From NCBI RefSeq assembly GCF_006345805.1, contig NC_043008.1:63054001-63118000 (forward strand): a stretch of 64,000 bases of DNA, written 5' to 3'. The stretch comes from Octopus sinensis. Taxonomy: Eukaryota. The translations under genes were made by a program, and so were the position numbers. Positions 49,620 to 62,078 of the stretch are shown piece by piece. The notes under the pieces were generated by a model. It was not told where the DNA came from and did not search any database. It saw nothing but the letters and a program-made list of their open reading frames with translations. Each line of letters begins with the position of its first letter. The stretch's first letter is position 1.

Positions 49620-52030
49620 CAGAAGTTGGCCGGATAATAATCAGTTAAACAGAAGTTGCAAGTAGTGAAACTAGGCTGCCAGAGAAAGATACATGCCCAA
49701 AGCAGACTCCTCAAGTGAGAAGATTGGTGGGAGATAAAAGTTTAATAGAAGAAAAGTTGAAAGACATATTTTATCTTCAGCTACCTTCAAATCTGCCGAC
49801 TCCGTCCAGAATCACAGACTAGCAGCACGAATTCCTTATAACAGAAACCAGCGTCAGATTCAAAACTGACCCCGTCAGTTCTTTGAAGTAAGTGACAGAC
49901 GCGGTTGTAAAGAGACATAATAAATTATATTTCTTTCATTATATAACATCGTTGTAATAGTCAGATGTATGGGTAGATAACATTGGTGCTGTTTACTTAT
50001 TTAGGTATATCTAATATGAACGAATGTTTATAGTTTAATTACAGTAAAATAATTAGAATGAATACTCTAGAGTAAGTTAAGCGAAAAAAGAGCTAATTAG
50101 TGTAGAGATAAATTACATAGAAGATTAATGTATAGAAATGTAAGAGATTCTAAAAACTATTTTGTGAAAATATGAGATTGGGAAGAATAAGAAAAAACAA
50201 GTATGACTCAATCATTGAGAAGCTATAATTACATGGCAATAATACTAAATGGTTAAAGAAAAACAGAACACGATCAATTAATAGAGGAAAGGAGAAGATA
50301 TGTTTGGCACCATGTGGTTCAAACAGACACAGTTAATAATAAGTATAAATTAAACCTGTATAGATGGTTATAAGTTTAAAAATTAGTAACCAATTCATAA
50401 ATATATGTATATCTACATTAGCTTAAATGTCAGAAATTTAAAATAAATCTTTTAATGTGAAGTTATGAAACTAGGGTGCCAAAATTAATAGAAAAGAGAA
50501 GCAAAACCAATAATTGTACTAAGGAAAAACTAGATTAGCTATAATTCAAGTACACCAGATTATAACAATACTGCTCCACTTAGCAAAGATTATAATTTAG
50601 TATAACATCTGAAATGAGTCAATTAAGATAATTTAAATTATAACAAATATAAAGTATTATATAAGCACAAAAGCTAAAATTAAAATTTAATCAGATATAA
50701 TAAATAAATGCATAAAAAAATCATCTCCCTAGTAAAAGACATCAAAATATGAAGAGTAGCAAAAGTAGAGTGAAAATCCTTCATAGGTTCTAACTAGGTA
50801 AAGTGCTAAATTTGAAGTTTTGGACAAATTCTATTAATTTAATTGGCTTTCTAGAATCACTATATTATGAAGTTATTAAGTTACACCAACCAGTTTTACA
50901 TGGTTCAAATACTATTACAATAAATTTGTTTAAATTCAAATTAAATAAACTCTTTGTAAGGTTTTTGGAATAAATGTATAATTAAGAGAGTTATATTATA
51001 ATACACTAGAGAATTTTGAATTAAGTTCAAGTAAATGCTTAAACTAAAAGAAAGTTGTCTGAGTAGAAGGGGAACATTTATTTCTCAATGCATCAAATTT
51101 ATTAATAATGTTATTCAAGCATTTTGAGATTTCTAATAATTCAGTACAAAAGATATTGCAACCATAATGATCAGTAAAATATGTCTCAGCATATTTAACA
51201 ATTCTCTCTGATAAACAATTTTCAATATTTTTTTTTTTAATTACCAGATCTTTGTGATGTGAGATGTTTATTTCACCTTATCTCTCCTTCGAAGTGTGTG
51301 GAGCTACTATGTATCTTGATTTAAGATAGCAAGTCACGTAAGTGAAAGTTCGTTGATTTATTTTCTTTCCAATATTCTATTTACATACAATATACTAGGT
51401 TAAACATTTATTATCAAGTGGGCAAACCGTATTTTTCTTACAGTTGCATATATTAGTTAAACTGAGAAGGTGAATTAGGTTGGGTACAGAGTCAATTGGA
51501 TTAGCACATTCACATTAATTATCAGCAGAGTTATTCTCTGCGCTCGTACTTCCATCCTCATTCCATAAACTATTATATGATTACAGACGTCAATTAGATA
51601 TTCATCAGTGTCAGAGAGATTAGAATTGTCATTATTATTGTTGTTATCATTAATATTATTCAAATTAATAGTGCCTCGATAATAACTGCATTTATTATAA
51701 ATGCTGTTGTTATCAATTCTGTACCTTTTGCTATTATTATTAGTATCATCATCATCATTGACGTCATTAATGTTATTATTACAACCACTTTTGTTAAAGC
51801 TCATTATATTGGAAGTGCTGGGAAAAATCAACCTTGGAAATAACAGTTTTACATGAACCATTATAGGCATGACCTTAGAATAAGGCCTAATAAAGTAGGT
51901 TTGGCTTATACCTACGCTTGAACATATGCTCTTATTACTAATCAAATATTTCTTAATCTTATTGTGATTAATAGCAGATATGTAGTCTGCTAAATTATGC
52001 TTGTTTGAAAAAGAGTGTAACAAACATGCT
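49620..52030 (-). mobile_element. Degenerate Penelope-like element; GIY-YIG-type endonuclease remnant at 51044-51448
   Basis: Minus strand reads CNCKKNTVCPLDNKCLT*YIVCK...TYV...KSRY...H.S...IVKYAETY...CNIFCTELLEI...NIINK...KC, the PLE CNC..CPL..CL..IVY signature. The outer limits are a guess. Confidence 0.65.
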
Positions 52031-52243
52031 TATTAAATATTTCTCAATAATTACTTGAAAGAGGAAAATTACTTGCTATTGCACAAAAAAATTCTTTTGC
52101 CATTTGCATAATTATATTTATTGCACCAGAAGGATTTCAGCATAATGCTTCATTATTACATAATTGAGTTTTAGAATACCGTTGTCAAGTATGATTCTTA
52201 TTTTTACTCTTATTATTGTCATCACCTCAACCATTATTGCCAC

Positions 52244-52289
<46 letters not shown>

Positions 52290-52290
<1 letters not shown>

Positions 52291-52839
52291 TTCAGTAGTT
52301 TTATTTTTATAGCGTGCTTTCACTTCACTACCGAGCGCAGCTCTGTGTGCCTTGGGTATGTGCTGTGATTTGTTGTGATGCTCTGATGGTTATTGTATGG
52401 AAAGTGTTCTGCGTAGGATGTGTACAGTGCCTAGTAGTGCAATTTTCTGTATGTTATATGTGTTTGTAAGTCCTGGTGTTTTTGTTATGTATTTGTCTGA
52501 ATATTTTTTTATCATGCCCAATTCACCTACTATGATAGGAATTGTTTCTGTTTTCAGATTCTACATTCTGGTTACCTCTATTTCCAGGTCTTTGTATTTT
52601 GAGAGTTTCTCTATTTCTTTTAGAGAAACGTTGTCATCTGCTGGTATTTATACATCAATTAGAAATCAGTTTTTTCTTCATGATCTCTGACAACTATATC
52701 TGGCCTGATGGCCTTAATTTCTCTTTCTGTGTGTATTGGCATATCCCAGAGTATGGTTGCTTTCTCGTTTTCTGTGACCTTTTCTAGCATGTGCTTATAC
52801 CATCTTTTTTCTGTTGTTATTCCATAGTGTTGGCATAGC

Positions 52840-52840
<1 letters not shown>
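52290..52840 (-). mobile_element. R4/Dong-type LINE 3' part between (AAT)n tracts
   Basis: Reads KLCQHYGI...WYKH..EKVTENEKATILWDMPIHTEREIKAIRPDIVVRDHE. Confidence 0.9.
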
Positions 52841-52903
<63 letters not shown>

Positions 52904-52970
52904 ACGTAGCAGCAGTGCTAATTTTTATATTTTCCCCTCTAATCCTCATCTTCTTCTTCTTCTTCTTCTT

Positions 52971-53001
<31 letters not shown>

Positions 53002-53027
53002 TTATTATTATTATTATTATTATTATT
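52841..53027. repeat. Compound (ATT)n(AGT)n...(CTT)n(ATT)n microsatellite
   Basis: Directly visible. Confidence 0.95.
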
Positions 53028-53330
53028 GAGTGAGAGAGCAGTGCATGCCATCAAAGTGACATTGGGGTAAAATATACAAAGCCTAGCATACCCATCATGA
53101 CTACCTGTCTGATAAGGGTACACCAGGCACATGCATCACAACTATTTGTGCCTGACATGGTAATCTCATACCAAGATAAACAGTGCATGACCTTGCAGGT
53201 GGGGCCCAGTTAGAATTTTCTTTAGGTCGAGTAGCCCATCCTACTCAAAAGGTCCCTGAATAAGGATTGTTTAAGGATGTTGAACGAACCACCCATGTTT
53301 CCAAAGGTGAATTATCCAAACCTCCAAGTT
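53028..53330 (-). mobile_element. Family X retroposon 3' region
   Basis: Reverse complement of the 40400-40687 type. Confidence 0.7.
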
Positions 53331-53870
53331 GCAGTCTGATGAGTTAGGTGGCCAGATGTTAGGGGTGATGTGGCCACAGAAATAGTTTGACAGTCCATGA
53401 CTGGGTTGTGTGGAATGGTGCAGAGTCATGTTACTAGACAAAGGGTCTTCCAGCAGCCACGCTTTTCACTCAGGGTAGCATTACCTCCTCCAGGCACTAA
53501 ATGTAGGCCTCCATGTTGAGTCTGACACTGTGTGGAAAGATGAATGGAGGCATAACGTCACCATCACTAGTGATCTCTCCAAACACTATGATGTTGACTG
53601 TATGTTTGATTTTTATCACTCTTGGTACATGTCCTCAGATTGACACCTAAGCACTCTGAAATGTTTGTATTGGAGCTTCTGACACAAATGCCAAGCAGTT
53701 CAGCACATGTTTTCCAAATTTCTGGCAGAGTGAATTGCGTCATGGTGCTGTTTTCCTCATATGTGTTAGCCAACTGACCTTACTATAATATGTAGTTGAC
53801 AAAATCAAAAACAAACAATGTGCATGAATGAAATAAAAAATATAAAATTGTAACAATATACCAATTGCAA
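53330..53870 (-). mobile_element. maT/DD37D-like transposon remnant, copy 2
   Basis: Homologous to 18600-19450 without the SINE. Confidence 0.8.
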
Positions 53871-54177
53871 CATCAGTGTGTGTGTGTGTGTGTGTAAAAT
53901 CAGAAGATAACTCATGAGTAAAAATATATAGGGAAGAGGATTTGAAAATGCAGAGGTCTTTTAAAAGTGTTTATCGACTTGACCGGTTTCACTTTTAAAA
54001 AGAAATGATTTTCAAAACTAAAGTGAAAGCCTTTCTGTAGCCTTTGTGGTGTTAAAGATTAGTTAACATAGATGATACAGCCCCAGTAAAATGACCACAC
54101 ACGCACACACATAAACACACACACATATATATACATATACAAGACTGGAGATGAAGAAAAAAGGTAACATAGAAGAC

Positions 54178-54395
54178 AGCGAGCTGGAAGAAACGTTAGC
54201 ATGCCAGGCAAAATGCTTAGTGGCATTTCATTTGTCTTTACATTCTGAGTTCAAATTCTGCTGAGGTCAACATTACCTTACATCTTTTCGGGGTTGATAA
54301 ATTAAGTACCTGTTGTGCACTAGGGTCGATATAAGCGACTGCCCCCTTCCCTAAAAATTTCAGGCCTTGTGCCTAGAGTAGAAAAGAACATAGAT
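54178..54395 (+). mobile_element. SINE family B2
   Basis: gcgagctggaagaaacgttagc...gagttcaaattctgctgaggtcaac. Confidence 0.85.
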
Positions 54396-54630
54396 GTATT
54401 AAAATACAGTTATAGGGTCTTTGGCAATGATAAACAAATGTTAAGACAGGCTTTGTGTTTAAACAGTTTACGTAAAAGAGTTCAAAATAGGCAGTAAAAC
54501 AAGTTCATAATTGTTTAATAGTTCATCAGAAACCATAATTGTTTATAAGGATTTTGGAAGAATGACCAACTTTTTTTCTTGATCTCCAGTCTTGTATATG
54601 TGTATGTGTGTGTGTTTGATGTGAGTGTGT

Positions 54631-54668
<38 letters not shown>

Positions 54669-56023
54669 TCTCTCATTTTACTGGGGCTGTAACACTGTTG
54701 GGATTGAGGAAGATATCCTCAATCCAGATGTTTGGCTCAAATGCTTGCAACGGTGTGCACTTTGGTGACAGTAACCTAGATGACAAGTGATGATGCTAAA
54801 TTGAATCCAAGATTAAGTCTAGCACCTAAATATGTTCTGTTTGGATTAGAACTGAGGACACAAAGTGGTACAAAAGATAAGGTAAAGCATCCAGTCTGTT
54901 AGCCCTACAGTTCCACTAATCCACAAATATTGTTTGGTTCGTTTTTTATCACCTAAAACAAAAGAAAAATAAAATTTGTCCTCAGCAGGATTTGAACACA
55001 AAGCACAGAGAATCTGAGCAAATACTGATTTTCTGCCAATTCATCTTTCTATTTTTATGATTGAAAAGCATCTATAATAAAATGAAAGTCAATAATGGAG
55101 AGCACCAATGTTAGTGTGTTAACAAACATTATGTTTCAACTAGTGCAATCATACTGGAAGCAAGTATATTATATCAGAAATTACTAATGATTTCTGTTTC
55201 AATATGCAATTGAGAGTTGATTTTTTTGTTATTACTGTTGCGTAACCATTGAATGAATAAAACTATTCCATGTAATATTTGGAATTAATGAAATGTAATA
55301 CTATTGGTTGAAACTTCTCTTAAATCTATTTAACATTCATACTAGCATTCCCTAACACTGTCTACTAACCAGGGCATAACTCATTACTTTACAGAATAAT
55401 TGTTCTTCATATGGAATTCTGAATATAAGTCAAAAATATAATTACACACCTAATCTAATATCAGAGTTTTTAGTGTCCGAAAATAAAACACATTCTTTTA
55501 CTTATTTTATGCTTAAAATTTCCCTACCAGATTGTATTGGATAATTATAAACATTGGCATTTAAAAAATACCTTATTCAGATATTCGTCTGAATGTCTAT
55601 AGAAATAACTGGAATTAGTTCAATGAAGCCATCATCATCTTTTGTGCCAATGTAAAGAGAGAGAGAATTGTAATTTTCATCAACCACTGAGAAGTCTCTT
55701 TTCAAATTATCACTTCAGAATTGAGATGTTTTGTACAAATTTACTTATATCAATACATTTTCATTTTGTTGCCAATATATAAAATCTGTTTTCATATTAC
55801 TCTCAAAACTTCAAGAACATGTGACCATTCTTGTATTCTATCACAATTCTATTTAATATACAATATGGGGAAGCAGTTTATATTCAATCATCTCTGATTG
55901 TATATACCTACAATTTGTGCGTGTGTGTGTCTATGTGTGTGCCTGTATGTGTGTGTGTATGTGTGTGTATGTATATACATATGTATATATATATTTATAT
56001 ATATATGTTTGTATATATATATG

Positions 56024-56054
<31 letters not shown>

Positions 56055-56062
56055 GTATATAT

Positions 56063-56101
<39 letters not shown>

Positions 56102-56683
56102 CTAGATACATATATATATATATATATAGATATACATATATGTATATCTATCTATGTATATCTATACAAAGATAGATACATACATATGTACATATCATAT
56201 TTTTTAATATAAAGCATATATGGTGACAAAACCAATGACAATGGACACCCTGCCACCATTTCCACCTACAAACGCCAGTGTCTGGCAGAACAATAACTGC
56301 AATGATGACTACAGCGATGGAGATGATGATGATGATGATGACGACGACAACAGCGATGATGCTGATGATATATCTAAGGGAGAGAATTATGCGGAGATAA
56401 TTTGTGAAAGTGATTTAGTTTTTCAGGACACTGCTACCAGTAAACAAGAACTTCTCTTAATACTTACATTCAATATGAGTATGTAACAAAAAATGTGAGC
56501 GGAAGAGCTTGTGCCCCACTAGAACAGAACAAGATAGATCACCCACCATCACTTTGGCAATAATGCTGAATGGAATGGTCCAAAGCTATCCAAGCTCTAA
56601 GAAACAATTACCTGAAAAGAAACATTAGAACACATGAAGTCATTGCATGCATTAAAATAACACTAAAGGGGTGTATATTCAAA

Positions 56684-57078
56684 TCTCTCTATATATAAAG
56701 CTGAAGTTGTCTGTGTATGGCAGGTTTAGCAGCCTTCAACTAACACTATCTCCTCTGAGACCCTGCAGCACAAGTTGACCAAAATTGAAAGTATGATAGA
56801 AGAAGGCTTACTCTTCATTCTGTAGAAGATAAAATTCAAATCGGACCATGTTAAGACCAAAAATTATTTACATCAAAAAGGTACTTTTTTTTCTATGAAA
56901 ATCCCTATTTTTTACGTTTTGTTTTTTACTGCTGTGTTGCCATTTTCGGTGTATTTCAACCAGAAAAATGTTCACTTAAAGAGAATAACAAGCTACATAA
57001 TGCAAATTTTTTACTTCTCAAAAATTCCAATTCTAAAGGGTCGAAATAAACGCAGGCAATGTCGGGCGATACTGCTAG
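56684..57078 (+). mobile_element. Non-autonomous Helitron
   Basis: Starts A^TCtctctatatataaag; subterminal GC hairpin cgcaggcaatgtcgggcg; ends CTAG^T. Confidence 0.8.
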
Positions 57079-57384
57079 TTCAAATTTAATAATCAAGTGT
57101 AGCCATTGACGTTGACATTGCTTGGGCTTTGACCAATCTTGTTATAGTAGAGTGGGATGAATAACTCAAATTGTGAATGGTACTTCAAGCAATATAATCT
57201 AATTATGCAGATGACATAAGCATTGTAATTAAAACCACTCCACATGGCAACATTCAGGAAATAGAAAAACATTATGTGGAAATGACCCAGTGTTTAGCAA
57301 ATGTGATTCATGAAAGAGTTAAAGTTAGCATCATTTACCCATATGAATGCCTTCAAAATCTACCAATTTTAAATACAGGACTAT

Positions 57385-57797
57385 ACTCTTTACTCTTTAC
57401 TCTTTTACTTGTTTCAGCCATTTTACTGTGGTCATGTTGGAGCACCGCCTTTAGTCGAGCAAATCGATCCCAAGGCTTATTCTTTGTAAGCCTAGTACTT
57501 ATTCCATTTGTACCTTTTGCCGAACCGCTAGGTTACAGCGACGTAAACACACTAGCATTGGTTGTCAAGCAATGTTAGGGGGACAAACACAGATACACAG
57601 ACATGTACACGCACATACATATATATATATATATACGACGGGCTTCTTTCAGTTTCCATCTACCAAATCCAATCACAAGGCTTTGGTTGGCCCAAGGTTA
57701 TAGCAGAAGAAACTTACCCAAGGTGCCCCGCAGTGGGACTGAACCCAGAACCATGTGGTTTGTAAGCAAGATACTTACCACACAGCCACTCCTATGC
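57385..57797 (-). mobile_element. SINE family A
   Basis: Complete. Confidence 0.9.
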
Positions 57798-58044
57798 CTA
57801 GAAATAATTAAAAGCAAGAAACAAATCCTGCACTAATGTTATGAAACCTGTGGTCCATAAAACCTTAGCCTGCCAGAGGTCTGTTACATTGATAAATGTA
57901 AAATAAGCATCCTGGGAGCAGATCCAGTAAAGATCAACAAGATTATATCCATATATGCCCATCATGTGAATGAAGAAATCAGGTATAAGGTTTCATCCAT
58001 TAATTTATAATTCTTTTGATATAACAACGATGTTAATCAGTTTG

Positions 58045-58250
58045 TTATTTCTTTATTGCCCACAAGGGGCTAAACATAAAGTCGATTACATCGACCCCAG
58101 TGCGTAACTGGTACTTAATTTATCTACTTCGAAAGGATGAAAGGCAAAGTTGACCTCGGCGGAATTTGAACTCAAAACGCAGCGGCAGACAAAATACCAC
58201 AAAGCATTTCGCCCGGCGTGTTAACGTTTCTGCCACTTCGCTGCCTTAAT
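58045..58250 (-). mobile_element. SINE family B with an internal deletion
   Basis: tatttctttattgcccacaagggg...ggcggaatttgaactc. Confidence 0.85.
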
Positions 58251-58259
58251 GTTAATCCG

Positions 58260-59100
58260 TTTGTATAAAGGAGCCAGGAAAACATGAAGCTATCTGCAGC
58301 AATAATGTTAATGGAACCTACTACATGTGCCAGAACAAGTTCACAAAAATGCTTGAAAGAAGAACAAAACAAGACAATAAAATCTTTTGGTATAAGAAAA
58401 ACAAACTCTAAGGTGAGATGTTCATTGATACTGAATTCAGAAGTGAATTAGTCTGCAATTTTAGAAGAATGCTAAATAACATAACACTTAAAGTCATAGT
58501 AGTAAAGAAACAAATAGATACAACGAGACTGTTAGTCAATTAGCCAGTCATACATACTCAAGAAAACTCCTTGCACCAATGAAAAATATGAACGATAAGC
58601 CTCAAAATATACTACAAAATTCGATATGTTGTGAACTATATAAGATTAATGGAGAGACATTCTGCAGCCTATGTGAATGAACTGCAGACACTGGAGAGAA
58701 TGCACTGGAAGGAAATGTATTCTATCGTGTCCATAGTGAAACACAATGGCTTGATAAAATTCTTTACAGAGCCATAAAATACAACTGTAAAACATATTAC
58801 AGAAGCTACATAAATACTAGAGGCAGACATCATCCATGTGCTTTAGGCAAAGAACAAATGAGTCAACAACCCACCAATAATATATACACTTGGATGGAAT
58901 TTTAAGGAAAAACCCATAAAAGTAATGGTGTCACATTGTTTTTTTGTGAATAATAATGCTTCAACTATGAACAATGATGTCATGTTGGCAGCGTAACGGT
59001 ACACAGTGTAGGATGAGATCAAAGAAGATATCTATGATCTGATTCCACACCTTTAACATCCAAATGTTCTCACAAGGAACAATTATTGATGAAAGAACCA
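58260..59100 (+). mobile_element. Possible highly decayed LINE (CR1/L2-like)
   Basis: Scattered remnants such as KIFWY and LQTLERMH..Y; many stops. Confidence 0.3.
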
Positions 59101-59429
59101 GTATGAAACTAGTGGTTAAAGTTTTATGACTAAAATTCCATTAAAGAATTTATCATCAGGTTTCCATTATCAGGTACTCCTTCTTTAGTCTGTGACATAC
59201 ATAGATACATGCATGCATACACATACACACACACACGCACACACACACATATACACATGTGTGTTTGTTTGCATTATGTATCTGTATTTGTGTATGTGAG
59301 TATGTATGTACTCATGCACATAATATATATGCTTTCATTCACACACACACACGCATGTAGAATTAATAAAGACAGTTGTGCACAATGTTTTACCCATGTT
59401 TTACCATATATATTTATATATATATATGA

Positions 59430-59610
59430 TAGATCGCTAGCCACTACACACTTTTTATTTTCTCTCCTTGTTTCTTTCTATGTTCGTTTCTGTGGGAGGG
59501 CTTAGGCTCAAAACGTTAAGGACTTTTTCCTTTCCCGAGCATTATACTAATACATCTGTTTGTTGTCTACACTACCTGTCTTTGTCTTTTGTCTTTTTGT
59601 GAATTGTCTC
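59430..59610 (+). mobile_element. Penelope-like pLTR fragment with a decayed hammerhead
   Basis: ctgtggga-gggc-ttag-gctc-aaaa-cg-tt; same family as 12050-12190. Confidence 0.55.
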
Positions 59611-59723
59611 CCTATATATATATATATATATATAATATATATATATATATGTATATATATGTGTGTGTATAAGTATATATGTGTATAGTATTATTGGACG
59701 CTCAAGAAAGAATATATATATAC

Positions 59724-59801
<78 letters not shown>

Positions 59802-59864
59802 GTGTGTGTGTGTGTGTGAGTATGTATGTATATATATATATATTATATATATATATAATATACT

Positions 59865-60130
59865 GATCCGTGGTAGAAAATTCAACAGTAAAGGTACTCC
59901 ATCTGCTTGGTGAGAGATGAATATTATTTATTTAATGGTCCCAATACATGTATTAAAATGTTACTAATAGTTTCATATGTTGAGAAAACTCAAGCATATT
60001 CTTCAGGCACAAACCACATATCATAACGAACTAAAGTGATTAAATAATAGACGAAATACAAAATAAACTGAGAAGGCAGCATACAGATAACATAGAAAGT
60101 AAACAACAGAAAACGAAGAAAAATCTACAA
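59865..60130 (-). mobile_element. Penelope-like terminal fragment carrying a hammerhead
   Basis: Hammerhead followed by AATAAA on the minus strand; flanked by (TA)n. Confidence 0.55.
59958..60010 (-). ncRNA. Type I hammerhead ribozyme motif, near intact
   Basis: Minus strand: gugc CUGAAGA auaug-c-uugag-uuuu-cucaa-cauau GAAA cuauuag UA^ acau; canonical core and 10-bp stem II; the first stem I pair is a mismatch. Confidence 0.75.
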
Positions 60131-60147
60131 TGTAAAAAATATATATA

Positions 60148-60667
60148 CTAGTGGCCCACCTGGCCTTCGGCTTGGTCTTTACAGTGTTGGAATATTCGCT
60201 AAAGGCACATATTGGTATCTATGGTAATGTCCATTTACCTTACTATAAAAGTTGGTAAAAGTTATCTAAATATTGCTTGACATAATTTTAAATATTTATT
60301 TAGAATATCTAAATGCAGAAAATAATAGAGATAATAATAGAGAAATGTATTGTAAAAAAATTGTAAAACATTTACAGAACTTCAGTATATACAATGTTTT
60401 TATGCTATTACTTTGGAACATATATGAAAAGTTTCTGTGGGCTTCCTATTAATAAATGATTATCTTATGAACTTCATTAGCTTACAGCTGTTTCCACTAT
60501 AACATGTGGTGGTGCCATCATTGAGTGACTCTGTCATTTCTTTTCATATTACTGCTCTGTACTTGACTAACATTTCCTTCAGAAGCATACATATATTGAG
60601 TTCTACACCAAGTTATTCCTCTCACAATGCCTAAGTGTAATGTTAAACATATATTTATATATAGAGA
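60148..60667 (-). mobile_element. Probable non-autonomous Helitron
   Basis: Minus-strand 3' end: degenerate hairpin accaagccgaaggccaggt then CTAG^T at 60148-60151; possible TC 5' end near 60667 (less certain). Confidence 0.55.
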
Positions 60668-60684
60668 CACACACACATGCATAT

Positions 60685-61048
60685 TCTCTTTTACACTTTT
60701 ACTTGTTCCATTCATTTGACTGTGACCATACTGGAGCACCGCCTTTAGTCGAGAAAGTCGACCCCAGGACTTATTCTTCGGAAGCCTAGTACTTATCTTA
60801 TTAGTCTCTTTTGCTGAACTGCTAAGTTACAGGGAAGTAAACACACCAGCATCTGTTGGGGTGACAACACAGACACACAAACATACACACACACACACAT
60901 ATACAACGGGCTTCTTTCAGTTTCCGTCTACCAAATCCACTTACATGGCTTTAGTAGAAGATACTTGCCCAATGTACTATGCAGTGGGACTGAACCTGGA
61001 ACTACGTAGTTCGCTAGCAAGCTACTTACCATGCAGCCACTCCTACTC
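60685..61048 (-). mobile_element. SINE family A with deletions
   Basis: Matches family A. Confidence 0.85.
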
Positions 61049-61882
61049 CTATAGATATAAAGATATATATACACACATATAGATATGGATACATGTCATA
61101 AATATATTAAAATAAAATATCCATCATCATCTCTGACATTGATATCGGTTCTTTCCACAGTTATTATTTGATTTTTGAATTTCTTTAACATTGGCAAATA
61201 TATCGATTTCTGCAAAATAGTATTTGAGACACTTCTACATTTTTTTTGGCTTGTTTTTTTTTTACCAATTTCATTATTGTCTGAATTCCTTCATTCTAAA
61301 ATTTGATGAAAACATAAGATAACACAAGGAATGATAACAAACATATTTTTATCAGAAATGTCACAATTTCTAATTGGTGAGAATATATTTTGTTTGAAGT
61401 GTAATGTATAATGTGTTTTATGCAAAAGTCAAATGTACCAATATATAGCAATATTCTGCAACAGTTAGAATTTTCCTTCACTTTTTCTGTCACTGCACTT
61501 TAAATCTCATTAATTATGTACTGTATGACATACTTTGGAAACTGATTTAGTGCTTAATTAATCTAACATTAAAATGCTAATCTGGATGAGATTTATATGA
61601 CAATCCTTTTACGAATTATTTGGGCATTTATTTTTCTATGTGAGCATGGATTAGTGGAATTTGTTGATGAGGAGTTGCTTTATAATTGGCTGCACTCTTA
61701 TCATCTGTTCTTATTTGATTTCTATGTAAGAAATCTTTCATTTCGAGTCTTAGCAAAAGCAAAGTCAATTGATTTACAACTTCAATACCCATACATACCT
61801 TACATCTATTTTCTTTCCTCTACCTCACTCTCTATTTTGCGTCACATCTGAATTAACTATGACTTAATTTTCCTCTCACACT

Positions 61883-62078
61883 GTCTCCGATGAAGGGATC
61901 ATCATCATCGTTTAACGTCCGTTCTCCATGCTAGCATGGGTTGGACGGTTCGACCGGGGATCTGGGAAGCCAGAAGGCTGCACCAGGCTCCGGTCTTATC
62001 TGGCAATGTTTCTACAGCTGGATGCCCTTCCTAACGCCAGGATATTATTAATTAATATCTTAGAAACAGCTGTAAGAC
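61883..62078 (+). ncRNA. Hammerhead motif split by an RTE-tail family D insertion (61900-62039)
   Basis: Removing the insert (TSD ggat) gives gucu CCGAUGA agggauauu-auuaauu-aauaucuua GAAA cagcug UA^ agac. Confidence 0.6.

Noticed and set aside
51475-52023. 182-aa Asn-rich ORF as a host gene
   Set aside because: It sits directly upstream of, and on the same strand as, a PLE endonuclease remnant, so it is treated as part of the element.
53975-54050. Minus-strand GAAACCGGUC as a hammerhead 3' half
   Set aside because: The CUGANGA half and stem I are missing; at most a decayed remnant.
54701-54725. Perfect 10-bp hairpin ggattgagga-agata-tcctcaatcc
   Set aside because: Isolated, with no supporting context; plausible by chance in 64 kb.
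54840-54880. CUGAGGA-cac-aaa-gug as a hammerhead
   Set aside because: Followed by GUAC instead of GAAA, with no stem I or III. Other isolated CUGANGA hits (e.g. ~20423, ~39285, ~40322, ~48025) failed in the same way.
56467-56612. Minus-strand exon or recursive splice site (ttttcag|gtaatt)
   Set aside because: All three frames contain stops, and single AG|GT sites are frequent by chance.
61597-61851. 84-aa ORF with an 81-nt exon-like segment (HGLVEFVDEELLYNWL...)
   Set aside because: Weak acceptor, and it runs into a hammerhead-bearing repeat, so it is more likely element-derived.
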